From positions 1 to 30,904 of the forward strand of contig JAZDDX010000042.1 of the NCBI GenBank assembly GCA_043809315.1: DNA of 30,904 nt, read 5' to 3'. A program made the position numbers and the translations under genes. Position 1 is the stretch's first letter; each line of letters starts with the position of its first letter. The notes under the pieces were generated by a model that was not told where the DNA came from, ran no database searches, and saw only the letters and a list, made by a program, of their open reading frames with translations. Below are positions 17,411-27,874 of the stretch, in pieces. Origin of the DNA: Pseudomonadota bacterium (GTDB taxonomy: Bacteria > Bdellovibrionota_G > JALEGL01 > DATDPG01).

Positions 17411-19228
17411 ATGGCACGAAGATCGTTCTTACTCCCCCTTCTTATTTCATTTCTCTCGTTCCCCGTGTGGGCTGTCGGAACAAGTCCGACTCCTGCAAGG
17501 GTGTCCGACGCCCAAGCGTTCGTAAAGTCGGCGGAGACGAGGTTGCTCGATCTCTGGACAAAATCGCAGCGCGCGGCTTGGGTGAAGTCGAACTTCATCA
17601 CCGACGATACCGAAGCGATCGAGGCGGAGGCGAACCGCCAGGTTCTGGCCGCGACGGTCGAATTGGCGTTGGCGGCCCGCCGATACGAGAAGATAAACCT
17701 TCCGGCCGATCTGAAGAGGAAGCTGTATCTCTTGCGGAACGGATCCTCGCTCGTCGCACCCCGAGACCCGGCGAAGCAGAAGGAGCTTGCGGAAATCGCG
17801 TCCTGGCTCGAAGGGACGTATGGAAAAGGTCGTTACTGTCCGCCGGGGAAGACGGGGGAAGACTGTCTCGACCTGACGAAGATCGAGGATGAATTCGGCA
17901 AAGTGCGGGATCCGGCACGCCTTACGGAGTTGTGGAACGGGTGGCACGCCGTCGGGACGCCGATGAAGGCGAAATACGCCCGTTTTGTCCAGCTGGCGAA
18001 TGAAGGGGCGCGGGAGCTCGGGTTCCGCGACTCCGGCGCGATGTGGCGGTCGAACTACGATATGACCCCGGCCGCGTTTTCCACCGAACTGGACCGTCTC
18101 TGGGATCAAGTGCGGCCGCTCTATGCCTCTCTCCATTGTTACGTTCGCGGGAAGCTGGCCGAGAAATACGGGAAAGAGATCGTCCGGGATGGGGCGCCGA
18201 TACCGACTCATCTCCTCGGGAATATGTGGGCCCAGGAATGGAGCAATATCTACGATCTCGTCCGGCCGGCGAAGGGAAACGTGGGGTATGACCTCACGAA
18301 GATCCTGAAGAGCCGGAAGCTCGGTGCCCAGGAGATGGTCCGGTACGGCGAGGGGTTCTTCACCTCCCTCGGGTTCGATCCGTTGCCTGCGACCTTCTGG
18401 GATCGGTCCCTGTTCCGGAAGCCGCGCGATCGCGAGGTCGTCTGCCACGCCAGCGCCTGGGACATCGATTCGAAAGACGATCTCCGGATCAAGATGTGCA
18501 TCGAGCCGGCCGACGGCGATTTCCGGACGGTTCACCACGAGCTGGGGCACAATTTCTACCAGCGGGCGTACAAGAACCTTTCCCCGTTGTTCGAGGACGG
18601 AGCGAACGACGGATTCCACGAGGGGATCGGCGATACGATCGCCCTCTCGATCACACCGGAGTATCTGGTGAAAGTCGGCCTTTTGAAGAAGGTGCCGCCG
18701 GCCGATGCCGACATCGGGGTTCTGCTCAAGACGGCGCTCGACAAGGTGGCGTTTCTCCCGTTCGGCCTCGTGATCGACAACTGGCGATGGAAGGTCTTCG
18801 CCGGGGAAGTCCGACCCGCCGAATACAACCGCGCGTGGTGGGAGTTGAAGCGGAAATATCAAGGGGTCGCGCCGCCGAAGGGACGGAGCGACGCCGATTT
18901 CGATCCGGGGGCGAAGTTCCATATCGCCGCGAATGTTCCGTACATGCGCTATTTCCTCGCCCACGTGATGCAGTTCCAGTTTCATCGCGCACTCTGCAAG
19001 GCGGTGGGGGGGACGGGGCCGCTGCACCGCTGTTCGATTTATGGGAACAAGGATGCGGGGAAGAAGTTGATCAAGATGCTCGAGATGGGGAGAAGCCATC
19101 CCTGGCCGGAAGCTCTCCAGGAATTGACCGGAGAGCGGGCGATGGATGCCACGGCGATCCTCGACTACTTCCAGCCGCTCCGGGAATGGCTGGACGAGCA
19201 GAACCGCGGGCAGAAATGCGGTTGGTGA
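17411..19228 (+). CDS. Secreted M2-family metallopeptidase (angiotensin-converting-enzyme-like peptidyl-dipeptidase A)
   Basis: Signal peptide, HLLGNMWAQEW, VCHASAWD, zinc motif HHELGH, GANDGFHEGIGD, FDPGAKFHI and PYMRYF. Confidence 0.95.
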   Translation: MARRSFLLPLLISFLSFPVWAVGTSPTPARVSDAQAFVKSAETRLLDLWTKSQRAAWVKSNFITDDTEAIEAEANRQVLAATVELALAARRYEKINLPADLKRKLYLLRNGSSLVAPRDPAKQKELAEIASWLEGTYGKGRYCPPGKTGEDCLDLTKIEDEFGKVRDPARLTELWNGWHAVGTPMKAKYARFVQLANEGARELGFRDSGAMWRSNYDMTPAAFSTELDRLWDQVRPLYASLHCYVRGKLAEKYGKEIVRDGAPIPTHLLGNMWAQEWSNIYDLVRPAKGNVGYDLTKILKSRKLGAQEMVRYGEGFFTSLGFDPLPATFWDRSLFRKPRDREVVCHASAWDIDSKDDLRIKMCIEPADGDFRTVHHELGHNFYQRAYKNLSPLFEDGANDGFHEGIGDTIALSITPEYLVKVGLLKKVPPADADIGVLLKTALDKVAFLPFGLVIDNWRWKVFAGEVRPAEYNRAWWELKRKYQGVAPPKGRSDADFDPGAKFHIAANVPYMRYFLAHVMQFQFHRALCKAVGGTGPLHRCSIYGNKDAGKKLIKMLEMGRSHPWPEALQELTGERAMDATAILDYFQPLREWLDEQNRGQKCGW

Positions 19229-19237
19229 GCCGCTCGG

Positions 19238-19570
19238 TTACCGGCTGACGGTTTCCGCGAGGGCGAGGTACTCGTACCCGGCGACATCGGTCCCGGACTC
19301 GCCCCAGACCTCCTTCTGTTTCAAGGAGTCGGTGACGATCTGATGGGCCTCTTCGCGCGGGTCTCCCGTCGGTTGGTTCGCGATCCGGGAATAGAGGAAA
19401 ACGATCATCACGGAAGCGGCGGCCAAGGCGGCAACCGCACGCCGGAAGGTGAACCAACGGGGAACGGACCATCGGTCCCGTTCGATCCTGCGGGCGATCC
19501 GCTCCGCCTCATCCGGCGGCGGGGAGGGGGCTTGCGGCTCGAACGTTTTCAGGAACTGATCCAAAGTCAT
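19238..19570 (-). CDS. Putative single-pass anti-sigma factor
   Basis: 110 aa with one central TM helix (AVAALAAASVMIVFLY). Start overlaps the ECF sigma stop codon by 4 nt. Confidence 0.6.
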   Translation of the reverse strand: MTLDQFLKTFEPQAPSPPPDEAERIARRIERDRWSVPRWFTFRRAVAALAAASVMIVFLYSRIANQPTGDPREEAHQIVTDSLKQKEVWGESGTDVAGYEYLALAETVSR

Positions 19571-20070
19571 ACGTTCACCCCCTGTGATTCCAGGAATTGC
19601 GCCATCGCGAGCCGCGCGTAGTGCAACCGCGATTTCACGGTTCCGGCTTTGGAAGCGGTCGCCTCCGAGATCTCCTCGACGGAAAGTCCTTCGTACAGAT
19701 GGAGGACCAGCGCCGTCCGGTGTTCCTCCGAGAGCTGGAGAAGTCCGCGCCGGACCAAATCCCGGTTGACGGCGCCGTCGTCTCCTCCCGTCCCGCGTTG
19801 CGAATCGGGGTCGACCGCCGCTAGGGACGGTCGCCGACCTTTCCTCCGAAAATGATCGGCCGCGAGATGCGTTACGATCGCATAGACCCAGGTCCGGAAA
19901 GCCGACCGCCGATCGAAACCGGGACTCCCTTTCCAGATCCGGAGGAAGGCTTCCTGAACGAGGTCGTCCAGATCGGACGGACCGCAGAGCTTGAACAGGA
20001 CCCCCCGGACCAAACCTCGATATCGTTCGTAGAGGAGGGGGAAGTCGGATCCGGCTTCCTCAGTCGGCAT
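19567..20070 (-). CDS. ECF (sigma-70 group 4) RNA polymerase sigma factor
   Basis: Region 2 (DDLVQEAFLRIW, FRTWVYAI) and region 4 (EGLSVEEISE...GTVKSRLHYAR). Start moved to ATG 20070 (MPTEE), overlapping the end of the Spy-like gene. Confidence 0.9.
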   Translation of the reverse strand: MPTEEAGSDFPLLYERYRGLVRGVLFKLCGPSDLDDLVQEAFLRIWKGSPGFDRRSAFRTWVYAIVTHLAADHFRRKGRRPSLAAVDPDSQRGTGGDDGAVNRDLVRRGLLQLSEEHRTALVLHLYEGLSVEEISEATASKAGTVKSRLHYARLAMAQFLESQGVNV

Positions 20071-20581
20071 TGTTTGGCTGCCGACCTCTCCCGGGGCGGT
20101 CGAGACCGCTCCTTCCACGGCGACCCATCCCCGGTCCGCCGAAACGGCCCTGTCCCGGTCCGGGATGCATCTCGCCGAACTGTTTGCGTTGTTCGGGGGT
20201 GAGAACATCCCGTACCGTCAGGATCTCGTCGAAATGAATTCTGGTACACGCTTCCTTGAGTTTTTGTTCCTCTTCGAATTTTTTCTTGAGCTGGTCGGTG
20301 GTCGCGCTCGATTGCATCGCCTCCCGGAGATCTTCCCGTGCGTTCATCGCTTTCAAGCAAGCGGCTTGACTCGCCTCGCGGCGCTCTTTGTGGATCGCGC
20401 GGATCTTGGTCACCTGCTCGTCGGTCAGCTTGAGCTGCTGCTTCATCTCGTCCACCGGCGGTCCGGCACCCATCCCTCCCATCCCCATCCCCGGCCCTTG
20501 GCCGAACGAGCGGGACGGAAGGATGGAAAGGAAGGCTATGGAAAGGAGAAGGGGAAAAGGAACATTTTTCATTTGAGACAT
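20060..20581 (-). CDS. Spy/CpxP-family periplasmic chaperone
   Basis: Signal peptide, Gly/Met-rich flanks and two LTxxQ motifs (LKLTDEQ, VLTPEQR) around a helical core. GGAGG SD upstream. Confidence 0.82.
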   Translation of the reverse strand: MSQMKNVPFPLLLSIAFLSILPSRSFGQGPGMGMGGMGAGPPVDEMKQQLKLTDEQVTKIRAIHKERREASQAACLKAMNAREDLREAMQSSATTDQLKKKFEEEQKLKEACTRIHFDEILTVRDVLTPEQRKQFGEMHPGPGQGRFGGPGMGRRGRSGLDRPGRGRQPNNAD

Positions 20582-20621
20582 CTCTACACCTCCAAAAAAG
20601 AACTGTTGAGCATTTGCAGAG

Positions 20622-20650
20622 TTAGTCGCTCGGGATCTCCGATCGGTTCA
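20622..20650 (-). promoter_or_regulatory. Putative ECF-sigma autoregulatory promoter
   Basis: Minus strand reads TGAACC-N16-CGACTAA, 40 nt upstream of the spy-sigma-antisigma operon. This fits the general ECF -35 AAC architecture. Confidence 0.5.
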
Positions 20651-20712
20651 ATCGGCTGAACCCCCTTTAAGGGTTGGGTTTTTCGTCCGTCTGTGGGTAA
20701 AGTCCGTCCCCC

Positions 20713-23232
20713 ATGAGGTACGGTTGGTTCGTCGGAATCGTTCTCTCCCTGTCGACCGCGGGAGCCGCTCCCTGGACGGAAGCAAACGCCCCCTGGAACG
20801 TGAACCTGAATCCGGACGGGAGCGATCCGTCGAAGTATTACGGAGGGTGGCCGGGGCATCCTTATTACCCCTCTTCAGACGATTGGCGCCGGGAAGCGGT
20901 CTATCAGGTGATGACCGACCGCTTCCGGGACGGCGATCCGACCAACAACGACGGGAAGTACGGAGGGTACGACGTCACGAACTTCCAAAAACGGCAGGGG
21001 GGGGATTTCCGCGGTCTGGCGGAGAAGCTCGATTACATCAAATCGCTCGGCTTCACGGCGATCTGGATCACGCAGATCTTCCAGAATCTGGAGAACGAGT
21101 ACCACGGATACGGGCCCCTCGATTTCACGCTGATCGACGACCGTTTCGGAACCTTGGCCGACTTTCGCGCCCTGGTCGCTGCGGCGCATGCTCGCGGGAT
21201 GTACGTCTTCGTGGACGTGGTCGTGAACCACATGAGCTATCTTTATTACGCCGAGGGGTACGAGAAAAGCCGGGCTCCGTCCCGGATTCACGAGGGGGAG
21301 TATCGTCTCCTGCCCCGGAACCCGAAGGAGACGTACGCCGACTTCAATGTCGACAACACGTTTCAACCGGAAGGGCACTATCCGGATGTCTATGGGCGGG
21401 ACGGATTCGTCCGTCACGATGTCGGAAAGGGGAGCTATTGGGGAAGCGACTTTCATCACAACGGGGATCTGACCGATTACCGGGATCCCTGGAACAACGA
21501 ATTGGGTGCCATCTACGGCCGGTTCAACGACCTCCGGAACGACCACCCGCGAGTTCAGGCGAAGATCATCGCGATGACGAAGGCGTTGATCAGCTCCACC
21601 GACATCGACGGTCTGCGGGTCGATACGCCGATGCAAGTCGGATTGGGGTTCTTCAAAGCGTGGATTCCGGCGCTGAAGGAACATGCGGCCCGGCTCGGGA
21701 AGAAGGACTTCCTGATCTTCGGCGAGACCTACTGTGTGCGGTCGTGGACGGCCACGATGGTCGGTCGCGGGAAGACCCCGGCACACTATCGTAACGACAA
21801 GGAATTCATCGACGACATCCATGCCATGGACGGCGGGATCAACTACGTCTTTTACAAGGGGTTCATGGTTCCGGCTCTTTTCGACGGGAGACCGGGGGCA
21901 CTTTCATTCGGGTCAAGGGTCTTGGGGGACGACTTCTTGAGCTACGATCTCTGGGATCCGGTGCACAAGGAGACGCGGTACCGGATGCTCAACTTTTTCG
22001 GCAGCCACGACCAGCGGAGGCTTTCGACGATGGAGGACGGTCTCGCCAAAGCGATGCTCGCCTCCGGAATCGTCGCCTTCTGGCCGGGGATCCCGCTCTT
22101 CTTCCAAGGGGACGAGCAGGGGTTTTCCTCCTACGGGAACGGGTTGGACGGACATGCGCGCGAATCCCTCATGGCGTCCGTCGCCTGGGAGAATCAGCCG
22201 GCCGCGGTCAAGCCGAATCCGGCCGGTCCCGATAACTTCAACATGACCTCGCCTGCGTACCGGAAGATCCAGAGGTACATGAACGTTCGCCGACAGTATC
22301 CTGCGCTCTGGACCTCCGATCGGATCGTGCAACGCGCTCTCCAAGAGGGGGGTGGTCCGGGGTATCTTCTTTTTACGCGACGGAGTCCGGATGACCGGGA
22401 GACGCCCGTCCTCGTGGCGTTCAACACCTCGTCCAAGGTCGTGAAGGTGGTTGGGGCGGTTTCAACCGACTTTTCGAAAGAGGCCGTTTTGATCAATGTG
22501 CTGAAGCCGAAGGAACGATTCACGCTGGATCACGAAGGAAGGATTAACGGGCTGTCGATCGATCCGTACGAGATGAAACTCTTGGTTCCGGAGAATGCGC
22601 AAAAAGAACTCGCCCCGGTGGTTGAAGAGATGGTCCCCTACCACGAAGCGGTGGTGTCGGCCGGGTCGGCAAAGATCACCATTCGGTTCAGCTCGGAAAT
22701 GGACGAGGAATCGGTCCGTGGAGCGTTTCGCTACGACGGCAAGAAGCCGCCGGTGGCTGCGATTCATTACGATCGCGGGACTCGAACCGTTCAGTATCAC
22801 GCTCCGGTCACACCCGGAATCCATCATGTCACGATCCTGGAGAGTGCGATGTCCCGTTCCGGAAAGAACCTCCTCGGAACGTTCGAATCCCGATTCCGCA
22901 ACGGCGCCAAACAGAATGTCCTTGTGAACCGCACCGCCCGTTATGACACCACGTTGATCGAACGGGGAAAACGTCCCCTCCGGGATCCGCGCGTGCGCCT
23001 TTTTCATAAAGCGGTGGGGGCCGAGTATTTCCGGGTTTCGTGGAACAACGGAGGGAGCTGGACCCCTTGGAAGCCGTATCAAGCGGTGAGCGAGTGGAAG
23101 CTCCCCGAATTCAACGGCTGGAAGGAGTTGACCGTGCAATATTGGGCCGATGGGAGCGGCGCTTATCAGGTCCGTGCGGGGATCGATCTCTTCATCCCGG
23201 ACGGTGTGGAAGCGGACGAACCGATCCCCTGA
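20713..23232 (+). CDS. Secreted GH13 (alpha-amylase family) protein resembling the extracellular domain of fungal alpha-1,3-glucan synthase (GH13_22-like)
   Basis: Signal peptide. GH13 regions YQVMTDRFRDGD, GGDFRGL..KLDYIKSLG, DVVVNH, GLRVD (nucleophile), FGE (acid/base), SHD and PGIPLFFQGDEQ. C-terminal Ig-like region. Confidence 0.82.
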   Translation: MRYGWFVGIVLSLSTAGAAPWTEANAPWNVNLNPDGSDPSKYYGGWPGHPYYPSSDDWRREAVYQVMTDRFRDGDPTNNDGKYGGYDVTNFQKRQGGDFRGLAEKLDYIKSLGFTAIWITQIFQNLENEYHGYGPLDFTLIDDRFGTLADFRALVAAAHARGMYVFVDVVVNHMSYLYYAEGYEKSRAPSRIHEGEYRLLPRNPKETYADFNVDNTFQPEGHYPDVYGRDGFVRHDVGKGSYWGSDFHHNGDLTDYRDPWNNELGAIYGRFNDLRNDHPRVQAKIIAMTKALISSTDIDGLRVDTPMQVGLGFFKAWIPALKEHAARLGKKDFLIFGETYCVRSWTATMVGRGKTPAHYRNDKEFIDDIHAMDGGINYVFYKGFMVPALFDGRPGALSFGSRVLGDDFLSYDLWDPVHKETRYRMLNFFGSHDQRRLSTMEDGLAKAMLASGIVAFWPGIPLFFQGDEQGFSSYGNGLDGHARESLMASVAWENQPAAVKPNPAGPDNFNMTSPAYRKIQRYMNVRRQYPALWTSDRIVQRALQEGGGPGYLLFTRRSPDDRETPVLVAFNTSSKVVKVVGAVSTDFSKEAVLINVLKPKERFTLDHEGRINGLSIDPYEMKLLVPENAQKELAPVVEEMVPYHEAVVSAGSAKITIRFSSEMDEESVRGAFRYDGKKPPVAAIHYDRGTRTVQYHAPVTPGIHHVTILESAMSRSGKNLLGTFESRFRNGAKQNVLVNRTARYDTTLIERGKRPLRDPRVRLFHKAVGAEYFRVSWNNGGSWTPWKPYQAVSEWKLPEFNGWKELTVQYWADGSGAYQVRAGIDLFIPDGVEADEPIP

Positions 23233-23294
23233 TCGGCAATTCCGCGTTGACAAAGGGAACGCCAACGAGCAGCATTTGAAGCCTTCGCACATCT

Positions 23295-24242
23295 ATGCGG
23301 GTCATCGACCACCTAACCAAGTCCGGAACGGGTCCGGTATTCAGCTTTGAGATCATCCCCCCCTCTCGTGGGAGCGATGCGGGGGAGATCCTCCGGATCG
23401 TAGAGGAGTTGGTTCCCTTACAACCGGCGTTCATCGACGTCACCAGCCATCCGGCTGAGGCGACGTACGAAGAAGACACTGCGGGGGCGCTCCACCGGAA
23501 GGTTCGGCGTAAACGCCCGGGAACGCTCGGAATCTGCGGCGTCATCCAGAACCGGTTCTCGATCGATACGGTCGCTCACATTCTCTGCCGGGGATTCACG
23601 AAGGAGGAGACCGAAGACGCGCTGATCGAACTCCATTACCTCGGGATCCACAACGTCATGGCGCTTCGCGGGGACGAGCCGAACTACAAAAAGGAGGTCG
23701 CCAAGGACCGGTCGGTCAACGTCCATTCGGTCGACCTGGTTCGTCAGATCCGGGGCTTAGGGAAGGGGGAGTATCTCGACGAGATCCTAAACCCTCAGCC
23801 GCTCGATTTTTGTATTGGTGTGGCCGGGTATCCGGAGAAACATTTCGAGTCTCCGAACCTCAAAACCGACATCGGCCATCTCAAGGAGAAAGCGGAAAAC
23901 GGAGCCGGGTATGTCGTCACGCAGATGTTCTTCGACAACCGGATTTTCCATTCCTACGTCCGAGCGGTCCGGGAAGCGGGGATTTTGCTGCCGATCGTCC
24001 CGGCGCTCAAGATTCTGCACAACTCGAAGCAGCTCTCCGCGGTGCCGAAGAAATTTCATGTCGACCTCCCGGAGGCGCTGTCGGATGAAATGGCGAAGCA
24101 TCCCGATCGTGCGGATGAGATCGGGGAGGAGTGGACCGTCGCCCAGTGCCGGGACCTCCTGAAGAACGGATGGCGGCACCTCCATTTCTTCATCCTCGAC
24201 GATGCTACCTCTGTCATTCGGGTGGTCCGGAAGCTACAATAA
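23295..24242 (+). CDS. metF: 5,10-methylenetetrahydrofolate reductase
   Basis: Motifs [43 protein letters not shown] and LHFF. Directly upstream of metH. Confidence 0.92.
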   Translation: MRVIDHLTKSGTGPVFSFEIIPPSRGSDAGEILRIVEELVPLQPAFIDVTSHPAEATYEEDTAGALHRKVRRKRPGTLGICGVIQNRFSIDTVAHILCRGFTKEETEDALIELHYLGIHNVMALRGDEPNYKKEVAKDRSVNVHSVDLVRQIRGLGKGEYLDEILNPQPLDFCIGVAGYPEKHFESPNLKTDIGHLKEKAENGAGYVVTQMFFDNRIFHSYVRAVREAGILLPIVPALKILHNSKQLSAVPKKFHVDLPEALSDEMAKHPDRADEIGEEWTVAQCRDLLKNGWRHLHFFILDDATSVIRVVRKLQ

Positions 24243-24254
24243 CTTCCGAACATC

Positions 24255-27200
24255 ATGATGATCGCCGAACTCCTACAAAGGAGGGTTCTCGTTCTCGACG
24301 GCGCGATGGGAACGATGATCCAGAGCCGCGGCCTGAAAGGGAACAACGATCACTTCTCTCTCACCCATCCGGACGTGATCGAACAGATCCACGTCTCCTA
24401 TCTCGAGGCGGGGGCCGATCTCATCGAGACGAACACATTCAACGCGAACCGGATTTCGCAGGCCGATTACGGTCTTTCGCATCTCGCGCAAGAAATGAAC
24501 CGATCGTCTGCACGCTTGGCCCGTCGCGCGGCCGATCGGTACTCGACGGACCGGAAACCGCGCTTCGTGGCCGGATCAGTCGGACCGACGAACAAGACGG
24601 CGTCGATTTCTCCGAACGTGGATGATCCCTCGTATCGCTCCGTCACCTTCGACGAACTGGTCGTTGCATACGAGGAGCAGATCCGAGGGTTGATCGAGGG
24701 GGGTGCGGACCTCCTCCTGATCGAGACGATCTTCGACACGCTGAACGCGAAGGCGGCCCTTTTCGGCGCGGAAGAAGCGTTCGAGCGGACGAAACGGCGC
24801 CTTCCGCTCATGATCTCCGCCACGCTCTCCGATCAGAGCTACCGGACGCTCTCAGGTCAGACGCTTCGGGCGTTCCTGGTTTCGATTGCGCACGCCGACC
24901 TTCTTTCGGTGGGACTCAACTGTTCCTTCGGGGCGAGAGAGATGCTTCCGGCCCTCCGGGAACTCTCTGCCGCGTCCGATCTCTACGTCACGGCATACCC
25001 GAACGCGGGGCTCCCGAACCGGTTTGGGGCATACGACGAGAGCCCCGATTCAATGGCCGAATGCGCGAAGGAGTTTCTGGACCAAAAGCTCGTGAACGTG
25101 ATCGGCGGCTGCTGCGGAACGACTCCCGATCACATCCGGAAATTGGCACGTCTGGCTTCCACGGCGGAGCCGAGAGTCCCCCCGATCCTCGAGCGGCAAA
25201 CCCAGCTTTCGGGCCTGGAGCCCCTCACCGTCACGAGAGAGATCAACTTCGTGAACATCGGTGAGCGGACGAACGTGATGGGCTCACGGAAGTTCGCTTC
25301 CTTGATCCGGGAGGAGAAATACGACGAGGCGCTTTCTGTGGCGCGTGAACAGGTCGACGGCGGGGCGCAGATGATCGACGTCTGCATGGACGAGTCGATG
25401 ATCGACGCCGAAAGCGCGATGCGCACCTTCCTGAACTGCGTCGCCTCCGACCCGTCCGTCTCCCGGGTGCCGATCGTGATCGACTCGTCGAAATGGCCGG
25501 TGATCGAAGCGGGACTCAAGTGTGTGCAAGGGAAAGGGGTCGTCAACTCGATCAGTCTCAAAGAAGGGGAGGAGACGTTCAAACTCCGTGCTCGGATGAT
25601 CCGGAGGTTCGGGGCCGCCGCGATCGTCATGGCGTTCGACGAGCGGGGGCAGGCCGATACGTTTGAACGCAAAATCGAGGTCTGCGGTCGCGCTTATCGG
25701 ATCCTGACGGAGGAGGCCGGGTTTCCGGCGGAGGACGTGATCCTCGATCCGAATGTTCTGGCGATCGGAACCGGGATCGAAGCGCACAACGGGTTCGCGG
25801 TCGACTACATCCGGGCGGTCCGCTGGATCAAGGAGCATCTCCCCGGGGCCAAGGTGAGCGGCGGAGTGAGCAACCTCTCGTTCGCGTTCCGCGGGAACGA
25901 GGTCATCCGTCGGGCGATCCACACGGTTTTTTTAAAACACGCGATCGAGGCGGGGATGGACATGGGGATCGTCAACCCCTCGCAGCTCGATATCTACGAC
26001 GACATCTCGAAGGAGTTGCGCGAAGCCGCGGAAGATCTCGTTCTCAACCGGCGTCCCGATGCGACCGACCGAATGACGGCGCTCGCCACCGAAACGGACG
26101 GGAAACCGAAGGCGGAGCGCGCGACGGCCCAGTGGCGGGGAGCATCCGTAGAGGAACGGCTGCGGCATGCGCTGATCGAGGGGATCGACTCCCATATTGA
26201 GGAAGATGTGGAAGAGGCGAGGAAGGCCCGTTCCAAAGCGCTTCAGGTGATCGAAGGTCCGCTCATGGCCGGGATGAACGCGGTCGGGGAGCTCTTCGCC
26301 GCGGGAAAGATGTTTCTCCCTCAGGTAATCAAGAGCGCCCGTGTGATGAAGAAGGCGGTCGCCGCGCTCACGCCGCACCTCGAGAGAGAAAAGACGGCGG
26401 GGAGTTCGTTCGCCGGTAGGGTCCTCCTGGCGACGGTCAAGGGGGATGTTCACGACATCGGGAAGAATATCGTGGCGGTCGTCTTGGGGTGCAACAACTA
26501 CGAAGTGATCGATCTCGGAGTCATGGTCCCCGCCGAAAGAATCCTGAAAGAAGCGGAAGAAAGGAAGGTCGATCTGATCGGGTTGAGCGGCCTCATTACT
26601 CCTTCGCTCGAGGAGATGGCGGCGGTGGCGACGGAGATGGAGCGGAGGGGTCTCAAGGTGCCGCTTCTGATCGGTGGCGCCACGACGTCGGAGGCGCACA
26701 CGGCGGTCAAGATCGCGCCGAACTTCAGCCAGCCGGTCATCCACGTCAAAGATGCCTCCAAGAGCGTATCTGTAACGGCGAACCTCCTGTCACCGGAGCG
26801 GCGAGAATCGTTTCTGCGAGAGACGAACGAGAGATACGAGCAGATCCGAAAGAGTCACGCGTCAGGTTTGTCGGCTTACGAGTATGTCCCGCTCGAAGTC
26901 GCCCGCAAGAACCGTTGGTCGACTGACTGGTCAAGCGCGAAGATCGTTTCTCCTCGGCGCCCCGGAATCACCGAGTTCAAGAACCATCCGCTCGAACAAC
27001 TCGTTTCGCACATCGACTGGACCTTCTTCTTCCACTCCTGGAGGCTCAACGGGAAGTACCCGACGATTCTGGATGATCCGGTGAAGGGGGAGGAGGCACG
27101 GAAGCTTCTTGCCGATGCACGTGCGATGATCGACAGGATTGTTACCGAAAAAGGGGTGACGGCGAACGGTGTGGTCGGGATCTTTCCGGCGAACTCCGTG

Positions 27201-27776
27201 GGAGACGACATCGAGGTTTACGCGAACGATCGGGCGGATTCGGTTCTGGAACGGTTCTATTTCTACCGCGATCAACGGAAGAAGGGACCGGGGGAGGCGA
27301 ATCTCTGCGTTGCCGATTTTGTGGCCCCGAAGGAATCGGGTCGAACCGATTTCATCGGTGGGTTTACGGCGACGGCCGGGATCGGGATCGAACGGTGGAT
27401 TCAGCAGTTCGAGGAAAAGCAGGACGATTACGGCGTGATCATGAGCAAGATCCTGGCCGATCGTTTCGCCGAGGCGTTTGCGGAGTGGTTGCACGCGAAG
27501 GTTCGGGACGAGCTCTGGGGGTTCGGATCTGAAGGGTGGGAGGGGTTGCGCCCGGCGTATGGCTACCCGTCGATGCCGGATCATACCGAGAAGCGACAAC
27601 TCTTCGATCTGATCGAAGCGGAGCGGCGGACGTCGATGTCGCTCACGGAGACCTACGCGATGTTCCCCGCGGCGTCGGTTTGCGGTTTGTATCTCGCCCG
27701 GCCCGAAGCGAAGTACTTCGATCTAGAGAAAATCCAACGCGATCAGGTCGACGATTACGCCCGGCGAACCGCCTAA
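24255..27776 (+). CDS. metH: Cobalamin-dependent methionine synthase
   Basis: Motifs [22 protein letters not shown] (Zn), [22 protein letters not shown]12 motif GDVHDIGKN, and reactivation-domain RPAYGYP and PAASVCG. Confidence 0.97.
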   Translation: MMIAELLQRRVLVLDGAMGTMIQSRGLKGNNDHFSLTHPDVIEQIHVSYLEAGADLIETNTFNANRISQADYGLSHLAQEMNRSSARLARRAADRYSTDRKPRFVAGSVGPTNKTASISPNVDDPSYRSVTFDELVVAYEEQIRGLIEGGADLLLIETIFDTLNAKAALFGAEEAFERTKRRLPLMISATLSDQSYRTLSGQTLRAFLVSIAHADLLSVGLNCSFGAREMLPALRELSAASDLYVTAYPNAGLPNRFGAYDESPDSMAECAKEFLDQKLVNVIGGCCGTTPDHIRKLARLASTAEPRVPPILERQTQLSGLEPLTVTREINFVNIGERTNVMGSRKFASLIREEKYDEALSVAREQVDGGAQMIDVCMDESMIDAESAMRTFLNCVASDPSVSRVPIVIDSSKWPVIEAGLKCVQGKGVVNSISLKEGEETFKLRARMIRRFGAAAIVMAFDERGQADTFERKIEVCGRAYRILTEEAGFPAEDVILDPNVLAIGTGIEAHNGFAVDYIRAVRWIKEHLPGAKVSGGVSNLSFAFRGNEVIRRAIHTVFLKHAIEAGMDMGIVNPSQLDIYDDISKELREAAEDLVLNRRPDATDRMTALATETDGKPKAERATAQWRGASVEERLRHALIEGIDSHIEEDVEEARKARSKALQVIEGPLMAGMNAVGELFAAGKMFLPQVIKSARVMKKAVAALTPHLEREKTAGSSFAGRVLLATVKGDVHDIGKNIVAVVLGCNNYEVIDLGVMVPAERILKEAEERKVDLIGLSGLITPSLEEMAAVATEMERRGLKVPLLIGGATTSEAHTAVKIAPNFSQPVIHVKDASKSVSVTANLLSPERRESFLRETNERYEQIRKSHASGLSAYEYVPLEVARKNRWSTDWSSAKIVSPRRPGITEFKNHPLEQLVSHIDWTFFFHSWRLNGKYPTILDDPVKGEEARKLLADARAMIDRIVTEKGVTANGVVGIFPANSVGDDIEVYANDRADSVLERFYFYRDQRKKGPGEANLCVADFVAPKESGRTDFIGGFTATAGIGIERWIQQFEEKQDDYGVIMSKILADRFAEAFAEWLHAKVRDELWGFGSEGWEGLRPAYGYPSMPDHTEKRQLFDLIEAERRTSMSLTETYAMFPAASVCGLYLARPEAKYFDLEKIQRDQVDDYARRTA
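27666..27767 (+). repeat. Direct repeat copy 1: last codons of metH
   Basis: 102 nt matching 29225-29326 with 9 mismatches. 27672-27724 is identical to 29231-29283 (53 nt). Confidence 0.95.
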
Positions 27777-27858
27777 CGCAAAGCAGTAATTGTGCAGGTT
27801 TTCGCCTGTCCTTTGGAGTTTAATAGGTCTAACTAGTTTTAATCATTAGATTTAGGTC

Positions 27859-27874
27859 AGGCACGGTGATTGCG
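27859..27874 (+). promoter_or_regulatory. Putative sigma54 (-24/-12) promoter of lipoprotein 1
   Basis: AGGCACGGTGATTGCG gives GG-N10-GC, a close match to TGGCACG-N4-TTGC. An AT-rich tract precedes it, and 13 nt separate the GC from the ATG. Confidence 0.7.

Noticed and set aside
17447-19099. Long antisense or alternate-frame ORFs (e.g. 17447..19099 -, 10182..11705 +, 12447..13589 +, 20724..21794 +)
   Set aside because: They overlap well-supported genes, are Arg/Pro/Gly-rich without motifs, and are expected in GC-rich DNA.
23233-23294. SAM or cobalamin riboswitch upstream of metF-metH
   Set aside because: Only 62 nt long with no recognisable aptamer core. It holds just a TTGACA with a weak -10.
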